In this document: positions 9,350 through 17,416 of the stretch, one piece after another | How the letters are laid out: every line of letters starts with the position of its first letter | Position numbering within the stretch: position 1 is the stretch's first letter | Assembly: GCA_048940645.1 (NCBI GenBank) | Contig: JBHLOI010000039.1 | Location: 1 to 33,945, forward strand | Direction of reading: 5' to 3' | DNA length: 33,945 nucleotides | Source: Promethearchaeota archaeon | GTDB lineage: Archaea; Asgardarchaeota; Lokiarchaeia; Sigyniarchaeales; SOKP01 | Program-made: the position numbers and the translations under genes | Notes under the pieces: model-generated | What the model saw: only the letters and a program-made list of their open reading frames with translations | What the model was told of the DNA's origin: nothing | Database searches by the model: none

Positions 9350-9568
9350 ATGGCTAAAAAGAAACACTCATTCGCATGGAGCCCAATCCGCCGATTAATG
9401 AAACAGCAAGGTGCTAGTATCGTTGCCCGAAATGCAGTTGATTTATTAATTGATCATCTTGAAAAAACAGCAAGTGCTCTTACAGAACAAGCAAGAGCAT
9501 TTACAATGCATGCGAACAGAAAGAAGATTACGAAGAACGATTTGCTCCTGTCAATCAAATATAAATAA
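9350..9568 (+). CDS. Archaeal histone (HMf-like histone fold)
   Basis: 72 aa, basic. PIRRLMK..GA..V...A...L..HLE.....A..A.HA.RK.I...DL, the histone-fold H-A-x-R-K-x-I-x3-D signature. Confidence 0.95.
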   Translation: MAKKKHSFAWSPIRRLMKQQGASIVARNAVDLLIDHLEKTASALTEQARAFTMHANRKKITKNDLLLSIKYK

Positions 9569-9569
9569 G

Positions 9570-9620
9570 CATGCTCTCAAGGGCTTCATGATAAAAATTC
9601 AAAATTCAAAATTTTTTTTT
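9570..9620 (+). terminator. 3' hairpin and oligo-T tract after the histone gene
   Basis: GCTC-TCAA-GGGC stem-loop (9573-9584) with flanking CATG/CATG; T8 at 9613-9620. Confidence 0.5.
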
Positions 9621-9659
9621 CTATTTTTTGGTTATAATCTAAAAATTAACAGATTATTA

Positions 9660-9839
9660 TTAGTAGACATTAAAATCATTATTGCTATATAAAGAAATAA
9701 AATCGTCTAGTTCATCTTGGGAATCACCATAAATCTTAAGCATATAACCATCGTTGAATTTTGCTACTTGTACTCTAAAACCTAACTCACGTGCTTTTAA
9801 TTCTATAATTTTTGCTTTCGATCTAAAATCTTTACCCAC
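9660..9839 (-). CDS. Small hypothetical protein (59 aa from GTG), or the frameshifted C-terminal half of the 9803-10027 gene
   Basis: Open frame 9857-9663: (TGKLRI)VGKDFRSKAKIIELKARELGFRVQVAKFNDGYMLKIYGDSQDELDDFISLYSNNDFNVY*. Shorter than any ORF listed in the track. Confidence 0.6.
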   Translation of the reverse strand: MGKDFRSKAKIIELKARELGFRVQVAKFNDGYMLKIYGDSQDELDDFISLYSNNDFNVY

Positions 9840-10027
9840 AATTCTAAGTTTGCCCGTTTAAGACCTTTAGAAATTGTACGAAAGTAAGCAGGATGTTGAA
9901 CTTTCTCTTCTCCTTTAACTGTCCTATATTTTATCCAACTATTTGAAGGCACATCCTTTTCTATTAAAATCACGTCGGATTGCTCACTAGTACAGTAAAC
10001 TTTATCACCAACAACTCTATTAGACAA
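9803..10027 (-). CDS. Small hypothetical protein (possibly one segment of a frameshifted gene)
   Basis: 74-aa ORF with globular-protein-like composition; overlaps short ORFs at both ends. Confidence 0.55.
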   Translation of the reverse strand: MSNRVVGDKVYCTSEQSDVILIEKDVPSNSWIKYRTVKGEEKVQHPAYFRTISKGLKRANLELWVKILDRKQKL

Positions 10028-10081
10028 TTGATTTATCTAATAATTCCTTTTCTTTTAAATTCATTTATTAGCTCTATTACT

Positions 10082-10153
10082 TTCAAGGGAAAAGAGTTAA
10101 AAGAATATCGGAGTCGAGGCGTTGGATTCATTATTGCAGACCAATTTAATTAA
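10082..10153 (+). pseudogene. Possible relic of a HerA/FtsK/VirB4-type ATPase
   Basis: Translates FKGKELKEYRSRGVGFIIADQFN*, matching the E-x-R-x-x-G-h-G-hhh-x-x-Q arginine-finger/sensor motif. Confidence 0.35.
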
Positions 10154-10301
10154 ATTTGATTATACCAATACCAAAAGATAAAATAACAAAGAAATTAGAA
10201 CTTGATCAGGATCATAAAATTTAAATGTAATGATTTCATAATTTTTTTTTGGCTTATTCAAGCCTGGAATTTAAGAAAAATCCAGATTGTGATAATTAAA
10301 A

Positions 10302-12422
10302 ATGAAGACAAGAAGATCAATTATATTAATGTTAATTTTGAGCCTCCTCTCGAGTGGTATTTTTTTATTTATCAACATTCCTTCAGTAAAGGCTCAAGAG
10401 CTTCCTTATCCACCAAGCCCTCCCGATCCTGCTTCATTCCCGGGAGTTTTGTCAAATCAGCCAAAACTAGGCCTCGAGCAATTATTACCTTGGGAAGTTG
10501 ATTACGACCAAGTTGGACAACTTTGTGAAGGTGTGAATGTTTTATTAGATCCTGCAGAATGGCCAAATTTACCTTACTTAGATGAAAGAAATTCTTGGGT
10601 TGGCAAAGATGAATATGTAGTTGAAGAAGTCGATCCTTTAAAATATCGCGAAATAATTACTTATGTTCCTATGATCTTAATTGAAACCGAAGAATGGTAT
10701 TCACATAAATTTGATTTCACTACTACAACGACGCAATCTACTGAGATTAGTTTTGATGCTGGTATTGGTATTCGTAAAGGATGGGATAAGATAATTTATC
10801 AAATGGGAGAATCTACACTGACAGTGGATGAATATATCTCTGGATGGACTGAATATGTTCCAAATGGCGAAACATGGGTGATTTATGTCAAAACTCGATT
10901 TCTTTGGGTTTATGGAATGCTAAAATTCCAAATTTATATCCCTTCACTTGAATTTTATGAAGAGATTGTTGAATGGGATGCAATTCTTTTAGAAGAAATT
11001 GAATGGGATAACATTTATGTTGTGAAATATAATTCAGGGGATGTTCCGCTGGAGGTGCCTTACAGTTCGGAATCATTTTATGAAGAAGGTACATATGGAT
11101 ATCTACAAGATGAAATTTTTAGAGAATGGCATCACATAGAACAACAAACAAATTCTATTTCATTTTCCATGGAAGAGGTTACTGGATATTCGGATTGGTA
11201 TGGTATATATCTTGGTTTACATTTCAATTATGTTACAACAGTTTCGAATGAATACGGTTTTAAGCATACATTTTATAAAGAGGCTGAAAACACAAATGAA
11301 ATTTATTTTGATGTGTTTCACATAAGATATGATAATACTTTTAGTGTGAATATTGAATCTAATCGTTTACCAAAAATTAATTTTTTATCTCCTAATCCAG
11401 AAGAAGAAGTTTCTGGTACTACTAGATTTAGAGTTCTTGTAAATGATCCGGACGATAATCCTTTGGATATCAATTTAAGAGCCTGGTTAAGTATAGATGA
11501 TGTACAAAATATGGATGATTATGAAATTGGTGTAGATATAGGGAATCTACGTCGAGAACCAAATACTTTTGAGTGGTATTGGGATATAATTACATGGCAA
11601 GTCCCTGATAACAAATATTATATGATAATTTTAACTCAAGATAGATTTGGGGATACTGTGTTAAATAATAAACACTTTTTTTACTTTCAAAACGATGATA
11701 TTGATAATACCCCAAGTACAGGTGAAATTATTAATCCCTCAAATGGTGCTTCGAAGATACTTGGTGATGACATTTATTTTAGTGCCATTGCAATCGATGA
11801 GGCAGAAGGAATCAATTCAGTTCACTTCAGAGTTGGAGTCTCAGGGGATTGGTATAGTGCAACATATAGTTCATTGTATGGCTGGCATTGGTGGTGGTAT
11901 GATCAACCTGGAATTGGGACAGTAACAGTCTATTGCAGAGTAACTGACGATGAGGGTCATCAGGTGATAATAGATTCAGTTACATTTAATATTGTTTATG
12001 GAATGAGTGAGACTTATCAAGTGACACCTATAACTTATGCTACTTATTTAGGAGGGACACAACAAGGAAAATATGACGATAATAATTATTATAGGGTTTG
12101 TACCACTGGTCTAGTATTTTGGGGGTTATATTTTAATTGGAAATCTGAGACTGATTTTTATTTCAATCCAATACCTCAATTAATAAATATTAAGGTTGAA
12201 CTTCAAATTGCACCTTGCACATCTGATGTATCAATAGTGGTTTATTATTCAGAGGGAGGTTCAAGTATTTTTTATCCAAATGAAAATACATATAATACTC
12301 AATCATTTACTCTACCGAGTGGTAAACATGTTAATCGTGTAAGAATCATACAATCAACTTGGTGGTGCAATAGCAGGTGGCTGGCTGTTGATTTCATTAG
12401 AGTCAGATATAGACTTACGTAA
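10302..12422 (+). CDS. Secreted beta-rich multidomain protein: signal peptide, Ser/Thr-rich beta region, two Ig-like (Big) domains, C-terminal beta-sandwich
   Basis: MKTRR plus hydrophobic stretch plus VKA|Q; PKINFLSP...VSG...V.V.DPD and DNTP.....I.P.NG...GD.I.FSA.A.D..GI.SV.F Ig-like signatures; no C-terminal anchor. Confidence 0.8.
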   Translation: MKTRRSIILMLILSLLSSGIFLFINIPSVKAQELPYPPSPPDPASFPGVLSNQPKLGLEQLLPWEVDYDQVGQLCEGVNVLLDPAEWPNLPYLDERNSWVGKDEYVVEEVDPLKYREIITYVPMILIETEEWYSHKFDFTTTTTQSTEISFDAGIGIRKGWDKIIYQMGESTLTVDEYISGWTEYVPNGETWVIYVKTRFLWVYGMLKFQIYIPSLEFYEEIVEWDAILLEEIEWDNIYVVKYNSGDVPLEVPYSSESFYEEGTYGYLQDEIFREWHHIEQQTNSISFSMEEVTGYSDWYGIYLGLHFNYVTTVSNEYGFKHTFYKEAENTNEIYFDVFHIRYDNTFSVNIESNRLPKINFLSPNPEEEVSGTTRFRVLVNDPDDNPLDINLRAWLSIDDVQNMDDYEIGVDIGNLRREPNTFEWYWDIITWQVPDNKYYMIILTQDRFGDTVLNNKHFFYFQNDDIDNTPSTGEIINPSNGASKILGDDIYFSAIAIDEAEGINSVHFRVGVSGDWYSATYSSLYGWHWWWYDQPGIGTVTVYCRVTDDEGHQVIIDSVTFNIVYGMSETYQVTPITYATYLGGTQQGKYDDNNYYRVCTTGLVFWGLYFNWKSETDFYFNPIPQLINIKVELQIAPCTSDVSIVVYYSEGGSSIFYPNENTYNTQSFTLPSGKHVNRVRIIQSTWWCNSRWLAVDFIRVRYRLT

Positions 12423-12634
12423 ATAAGATTAAAAGCTAATTAATTTTTTTATTTTTTAATTTATTTTTTATTTTTACTTATATAATTATCCTTAATATTA
12501 ATCAAGAAAGTAATGATTAATTTGATGTAAAACGATTGTTTTCCTAATTATTTTGGAATCTTTATTTACAATTTTTTACTTAGATATTAGTAATAATAAT
12601 TAATCAAATAAAATCAAGAAAAGATGTGAGTTGG

Positions 12635-13081
12635 ATGAAATTTATTGATTTAAGTATTCAAGTAATTAATCCGGAGGAATTAATATTTGATCCCCCTTTA
12701 ACTTAACCCCATATTGAATATAGAGATCATAAAAGAGGAGCGGAAGAAATGGGTTTTATATTTGCTAAGCTAAAGCCAGATGAACATTTACCTAATGGAA
12801 AAGGATTGAGTACAGAAACTGTTACTTTGGGAACTCATTCTGGTACTCACATGGACGCTCCATGGCATTATGCTCCAATTCAAGATAAAGAAACCTTAGA
12901 AAAGAAAGCGATGATAATTGATGAATTTCCTTTAGAATGGGGAATTGGACCTCTCATAGTCTTGGATTGCACTAATTATGAAGAGGGTTATGTAATGACT
13001 CCAGAAGATATTGATAGAAAGTTGGAAGATCGATGCCATAGAATGACTTCTGAAATTAAAACCTTTCACTTTCTTGTTTAA
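12635..13081 (+). pseudogene. Cyclase family (kynurenine formamidase-like) metal hydrolase, disrupted
   Basis: ATG 12635 MKFIDLSI..., in-frame TAA at 12704-12706, then H-x-GTH-x-DAP-x-H. Homology ends near 13030 and the C-terminal half is missing. Confidence 0.85.
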
Positions 13082-13184
13082 TAGATAGCAATATCAATCA
13101 TTTTTAGAAACCAAAAAGCAAGTAATTATAATGTGTCTTAAAAAAATAGAATAAAAAGAAGAAAATTAATTTATTATTTAGTAT

Positions 13185-13320
13185 TTTTTTACACCAAAAG
13201 TATAAGAAGAGTGGAATTATGCTAACTAAGCCAATTAATAGGAAAGCACTGTATCCGTAAATTCCTCCCATTCCATTGACATAAAAAATGAGTGTGTTAC
13301 AACTGCTAAAACCATTAATC
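13185..13320 (-). pseudogene. Possible orphan C-terminal sorting/anchor fragment of a surface protein (Loki-CTERM-like)
   Basis: Reads ...NGMGGIYGYSAFLLIGLVSIIPLFLYFWCKK: IxGY, a TM helix and a basic tail, with an upstream TAG and no body. Confidence 0.35.
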
Positions 13321-13387
13321 TCAATTATTTTGCTAATTTTAAAGAACGAGATATATTGCTATAAATATAATTTTGAATTAAAAATTT

Positions 13388-13891
13388 TTATTTAACATTC
13401 CATGACATTGCACATTCACCAACACCACCTTTCTGAACTCCCTCATATCGTAGATTCCTAAAACCGAATTTATTTTTCACTTTAGATAAAATTCCCATGA
13501 TTACTTGTGGAAATATGCAAGATGGACTTCCATTATCGTGGAACTTGTAATAGGTATTAGCAAAACACATTTTACAACTGTCTTGTTTAGCTTTTAACTT
13601 TATAATTTCACCATTTTCATTCTTTACGATTTCTACTTTAGCATTATCGGTAATCGCCCACTCTTGTTCCAAAAAGTGTTGCAATCGTGTCATAAAATCA
13701 TCTATAGTCTCTATTCCCTTTTCGTTAAATTCCCTTCCTATTGTTCGGCCAATTTTTGTCAGGATCTCATCTTTCTTATTTGGAGGGAGTGCCTTTTGAA
13801 TGGCATACCAGAGTTTGAAGAATGTACTATATGGTACGGTTTCAAAACGAGTAGGTAAATCTTTAACTTGATTTTCTGTTAATGTTACCAT
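13388..13891 (-). CDS. V4R/HNOX-fold small-ligand-binding protein
   Basis: IGR.IG helix, CKMC, C.FP..I.G.L and G.GEC near the C-terminus, a V4R-like Cys spacing. Confidence 0.6.
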   Translation of the reverse strand: MVTLTENQVKDLPTRFETVPYSTFFKLWYAIQKALPPNKKDEILTKIGRTIGREFNEKGIETIDDFMTRLQHFLEQEWAITDNAKVEIVKNENGEIIKLKAKQDSCKMCFANTYYKFHDNGSPSCIFPQVIMGILSKVKNKFGFRNLRYEGVQKGGVGECAMSWNVK

Positions 13892-14217
13892 TCTATTTCA
13901 TCTTTTTTTATTTTAACAAAAATATTAAGAAAAGAAAAGATTAGCTATCATATTTTATAAAGAAATTCACCCTACTACATATGTCAAAATAGTAGTGCTA
14001 TAATATTATTTATTAAATATAATTTCCTCTTGTATCGACCTTACTTGCTCTTAGCAAATAGATAATATTTAGAAAAACTAAGATTTTTTAAGACAAAATG
14101 TTCTTGCATTTTTCTAATTAAATAATAATTGAATCCTAAGTTCAATAAATATTGGACTAAATATGATTTAAGTTAATCCTTATTTTTTTATTAAGTAGCC
14201 CTAATTGAGTATTAAAA

Positions 14218-14391
14218 ATGATAGATTACAAATATGGAAATACAGCTACTTTAATGAATTGGGTTTCAGAGGGGTGTAAAGAAGCAGGAGCATAGTTGGG
14301 ATTGTAGTAGGCTCGCCAGTTTATTTAGGTGAGCCTACTTCTCCATTCAAAACCCATCTTAATCAAGAAAAAGAAAATATATAAAAATTAA
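14218..14391 (+). pseudogene. Flavodoxin-fold (NADPH-dependent FMN reductase / iron-sulfur flavoprotein) relic with internal deletion
   Basis: GNTATLMNWVSEGCKEAGA* (14236-14295) is directly joined, in another frame, to GIVVGSPVYLGEPTSPFKT (from 14298). Confidence 0.75.
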
Positions 14392-14401
14392 GATTTTTAA
14401 A

Positions 14402-15319
14402 TCAATCCCAGTGTATATAGCGACTAGTCATTGGGTTTTTATCCATGCATTGAACTCCGAATTGACAAAACTCGCAACCTACCGGATAATTATGTGCTTT
14501 AAATTTCCAATTGATACGGCGACTATATGATTTAAGAATTGAGCTGAGACGTGGTACCATTTCTCTTGCCACTTTTACACGAAACCTATTGCATTTTGTT
14601 TTATCATAACCTTTTTCTGTGATCGCATTAGCAGGGCATTTCTTTATACAATCTCTACAAGTACCTTTTGCAAAATATAAACAGTTTGCATAAGGTTCAT
14701 CACTTTTTCTTGGAGTAACTGTTAATGGTGCATTTGTAATCACTGATGCTAAACGAATATTGCATCCTTCCTCCGTAATAAGCCCTTCATGTAAACCAAA
14801 AGTTCCTAATCCTGCAGCAAAAGCAATATGGTTTTCGGACCATGTAGAATAAAAATCTTTTTTTGCAACTAAAGTATAAGCATCACTAAGTTTTCCAGAA
14901 ATAGCTGAGTACCCCTTTTCCTGAAAGAAATCAATTGTGTGACTCATTATATAATTCCTAAAATCCTTAGCAAAATTTCTGGCTACAGAATAAATTTCAG
15001 CAGGTAAAATCATTTTTGGTAATATAATCGGGGTATTACTTTCCTTTCGAATATAATCAGTAAATGGAAATATTATAGATACCGTATATAGATCGGGCGC
15101 TCGAACTTTTTCTTGACCACTGGCCATCCATATTTCCAAGGGTGTAAGATGTTCAGGACCTACAGTCTCTTTAAATTTTTGAAAAATTGGATCGCTCCCT
15201 TGAGCAATACCGATTAATGGATGAGAGAAAATTTTAATACCTCCATAAGTCTCTGGGAGACGATTAAGATTACTACTTTCAAATCTTCCCTTTAAAAATT
15301 CTAATAAAATTTCGTTCAA
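14402..15319 (-). CDS. Epoxyqueuosine reductase/reductive dehalogenase-like cobalamin and 2x[4Fe-4S] protein
   Basis: WSE.HIAFAAGLGTFGL..GLIT..G...RL.SVIT; CxxCxxxCP; CxxC-x5-C. Confidence 0.8.
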   Translation of the reverse strand: MNEILLEFLKGRFESSNLNRLPETYGGIKIFSHPLIGIAQGSDPIFQKFKETVGPEHLTPLEIWMASGQEKVRAPDLYTVSIIFPFTDYIRKESNTPIILPKMILPAEIYSVARNFAKDFRNYIMSHTIDFFQEKGYSAISGKLSDAYTLVAKKDFYSTWSENHIAFAAGLGTFGLHEGLITEEGCNIRLASVITNAPLTVTPRKSDEPYANCLYFAKGTCRDCIKKCPANAITEKGYDKTKCNRFRVKVAREMVPRLSSILKSYSRRINWKFKAHNYPVGCEFCQFGVQCMDKNPMTSRYIHWD

Positions 15320-15501
15320 AATTAATCAAAAAATATAAATTATTTTGTTTTGTAAAATATTGTCGAATTTTTATTTATTTTTTACTCACCTATTTAGAAA
15401 ATTTATTAGTAAATCATAAATGTACAAAAATGTATATTAAACATCATATCTTAATTAATTATCACCTAAATTAACAAAGGATAAATAATTGAGGTGGAAA
15501 A

Positions 15502-15795
15502 GTGGCTCTATTTATAATTCTTGGGAGTTATACCCAAGAGGGGATTAAAAACATCAAGGACTCTCCACAACGTCTTGAAGCTGCGAAGAAGGTAGCAGAA
15601 TCAGTTGGGGGATCTATTAAAGAGTTTTATTATACAATGGGGCGTTATGATTTTATTGCGATAACTGAGGCCCCAAATTACGATGCAATGTTGAAGGCTC
15701 TCATGACTGTGGGTAGTACGGGTGCGATAAGAACAGAAACATTACAGGCAATCCCATTTGAAAAAGCAATAGATATCATTACGGACTTGCCATAA
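15502..15795 (+). CDS. GYD domain protein
   Basis: YTQEGIKNIK..P.R......ESVGG.....YYTMGRYDF; GAGGTG SD before GTG. Confidence 0.88.
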   Translation: MALFIILGSYTQEGIKNIKDSPQRLEAAKKVAESVGGSIKEFYYTMGRYDFIAITEAPNYDAMLKALMTVGSTGAIRTETLQAIPFEKAIDIITDLP

Positions 15796-15940
15796 AGTTT
15801 CTCTATAATATTATTAATTTTCCTTTTTTTTATTCTTCATTTTAATTTTACTTAATTAAAATTCAAGTCAATCTATCTTTCACAATTCCTATAATTGATA
15901 CAGTGTTAATCAAAAACTAGTTAATAGTATATTAACTATA

Positions 15941-16402
15941 TTAGTATAAGTAAAATAATTCTCCATTTTTGAATTGAGAACTAATTTCATTATTATTGAC
16001 TAACAATTCTAATAAATCTTTTACAATATTTTCATTGAATTCAATTTGATTTTCCTCATAGATTCTATTCAATAAAGCGTTAAGAGTAAAGGCTTTCCCT
16101 TCATTATTCTTTAAGAAATTAATAATATCATCTATAACTTCATTTTCAGGCTTCTTTTCTTTAATCGAATAAGTATATGATGTCTTTTCTTGAAAACGAT
16201 CTACTATCCGGATTATTATCCCTATTATAAATATTATACAGCCAATTAGTAGCATTACAGCAATAAGTGTTCTGAATAATGTTTTCAAATAAGGAACAGG
16301 TATATCCATTCCAAAATAAAAGCCGAAAATTGTAATAGCTGGTAATATAATAGCCGCTCCTATTATAATCAATATCAATCCTATCTTATCTAACTGCCTT
16401 AT
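15941..16402 (-). CDS. Two-TM membrane protein with C-terminal winged-helix domain
   Basis: Two hydrophobic helices, then IINFLKNNEGKAFTL..L...LLELLV....I wHTH pattern. SD AGGAGGTG lies 8 nt before ATA 16402 (track start TTG 16378). Confidence 0.7.
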   Translation of the reverse strand: MRQLDKIGLILIIIGAAIILPAITIFGFYFGMDIPVPYLKTLFRTLIAVMLLIGCIIFIIGIIIRIVDRFQEKTSYTYSIKEKKPENEVIDDIINFLKNNEGKAFTLNALLNRIYEENQIEFNENIVKDLLELLVNNNEISSQFKNGELFYLY

Positions 16403-16599
16403 TTTAAATGCACCTCCTAAAACATTTTTAATTCTTCAATTGGATTCTTATGTGGTTATAAGAAAACCATTATATAAAAATTAATACTTTGATAATTGGA
16501 TTTTAAAAGGTATAAATTAAAAATTATAATAACCCAAATATATTTTTAAATTCCTTCCTTACAAATATTGTGTCTTCATAATTGATAAGATGATTTAAA

Positions 16600-17247
16600 A
16601 TGGCTGATAAAGTTAATGATGAGGTTAAAGTAAATGGTAAAGCTAAGGAAATTCTTTTTCGAGCCATGGAAATAATGATGAAAAATCTCGAAGATAATAT
16701 GAATCATTTAAGTAAACCTAAATATTTTGCACACACTCAAAAATTTATTGAATTAGTCTATGATGGTTTAATAAATAAGCGGAGGTTTTTCTTACTAGCC
16801 TCTGGGAGGAGTGCATTCATCCTTCAATGCTTTGCTACGCGACTTGTCCATTTAGGGGCTAATATCTATATAGTAACCAATTTAGCTTCAATACCTGCGC
16901 TAACAAGTAATGATATATTGATAATTTTATCAGGATCAGGAACAACGGAGATTGTTGTTTCTCTATTGAAGAATTATGTTAATACAGTAAAGCCTTATGG
17001 AATCGTTTCAATCACTTCACATCCAGAATCAATAGTAGGGAGAATCTCAGAGATTACGATTAAATTAAAGGGAAGAACGAAAAGAGATAAGATTGATCGC
17101 CATGACGACACAGCTCTTCTTACTCCAGAAGGCACAAATTTCGAGATTGCAGCGTTTGTATATCTTGATTCTATTATAGCAGAGTTAGCGATAAAGATGG
17201 GTAAAACTAACGAAGATCTACTTAAAAAACATTCAGAAACTATCTAA
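16600..17247 (+). CDS. hxlB: SIS-domain 6-phospho-3-hexuloisomerase-like protein
   Basis: SGRS...FA.RL.HLG; DILIILSGSGTT; ITS.PES; P.GT.FE...LDS; KKH at the C-terminus. Confidence 0.85.
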   Translation: MADKVNDEVKVNGKAKEILFRAMEIMMKNLEDNMNHLSKPKYFAHTQKFIELVYDGLINKRRFFLLASGRSAFILQCFATRLVHLGANIYIVTNLASIPALTSNDILIILSGSGTTEIVVSLLKNYVNTVKPYGIVSITSHPESIVGRISEITIKLKGRTKRDKIDRHDDTALLTPEGTNFEIAAFVYLDSIIAELAIKMGKTNEDLLKKHSETI

Positions 17248-17347
17248 TAACTCTTGCCTTTTTTGAGATTATCTTTTTCCGTCATAATGATGAACTTAAT
17301 TAATTTGATAAGGTAAAAATTATTTAGTGAAGTAACAATATTTAATT

Positions 17348-17412
17348 TGCGCTGATTTATAGTGTTTTTATAAGAATTAATTTCGATGACTAAAAATCTC
17401 CAAATCAGCGCA
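17348..17412. repeat. Perfect 11-bp inverted repeat between convergent genes (3'-end stem/terminator candidate)
   Basis: TGCGCTGATTT (17348-17358) and AAATCAGCGCA (17402-17412), 43-nt spacer, 4 nt from the pantothenate kinase stop. Confidence 0.7.
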
Positions 17413-17416
17413 CACC

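Noticed and set aside
9450-9692. 80-aa ORF overlapping the histone gene
   Set aside because: Alternative frame running through the terminator T-tract.
9853-9862. CTTAAACGGG (minus strand) resembling the coronavirus UUUAAAC slippery site
   Set aside because: The TTA AAC codons are not in the translated frame, so canonical tandem -1 slippage does not fit.
10202-13858. Track ORFs 10202-10501, 10372-10566, 10888-11094, 11695-11925 and 13664-13858
   Set aside because: Overlap longer, better-supported CDSs in other frames or strands.
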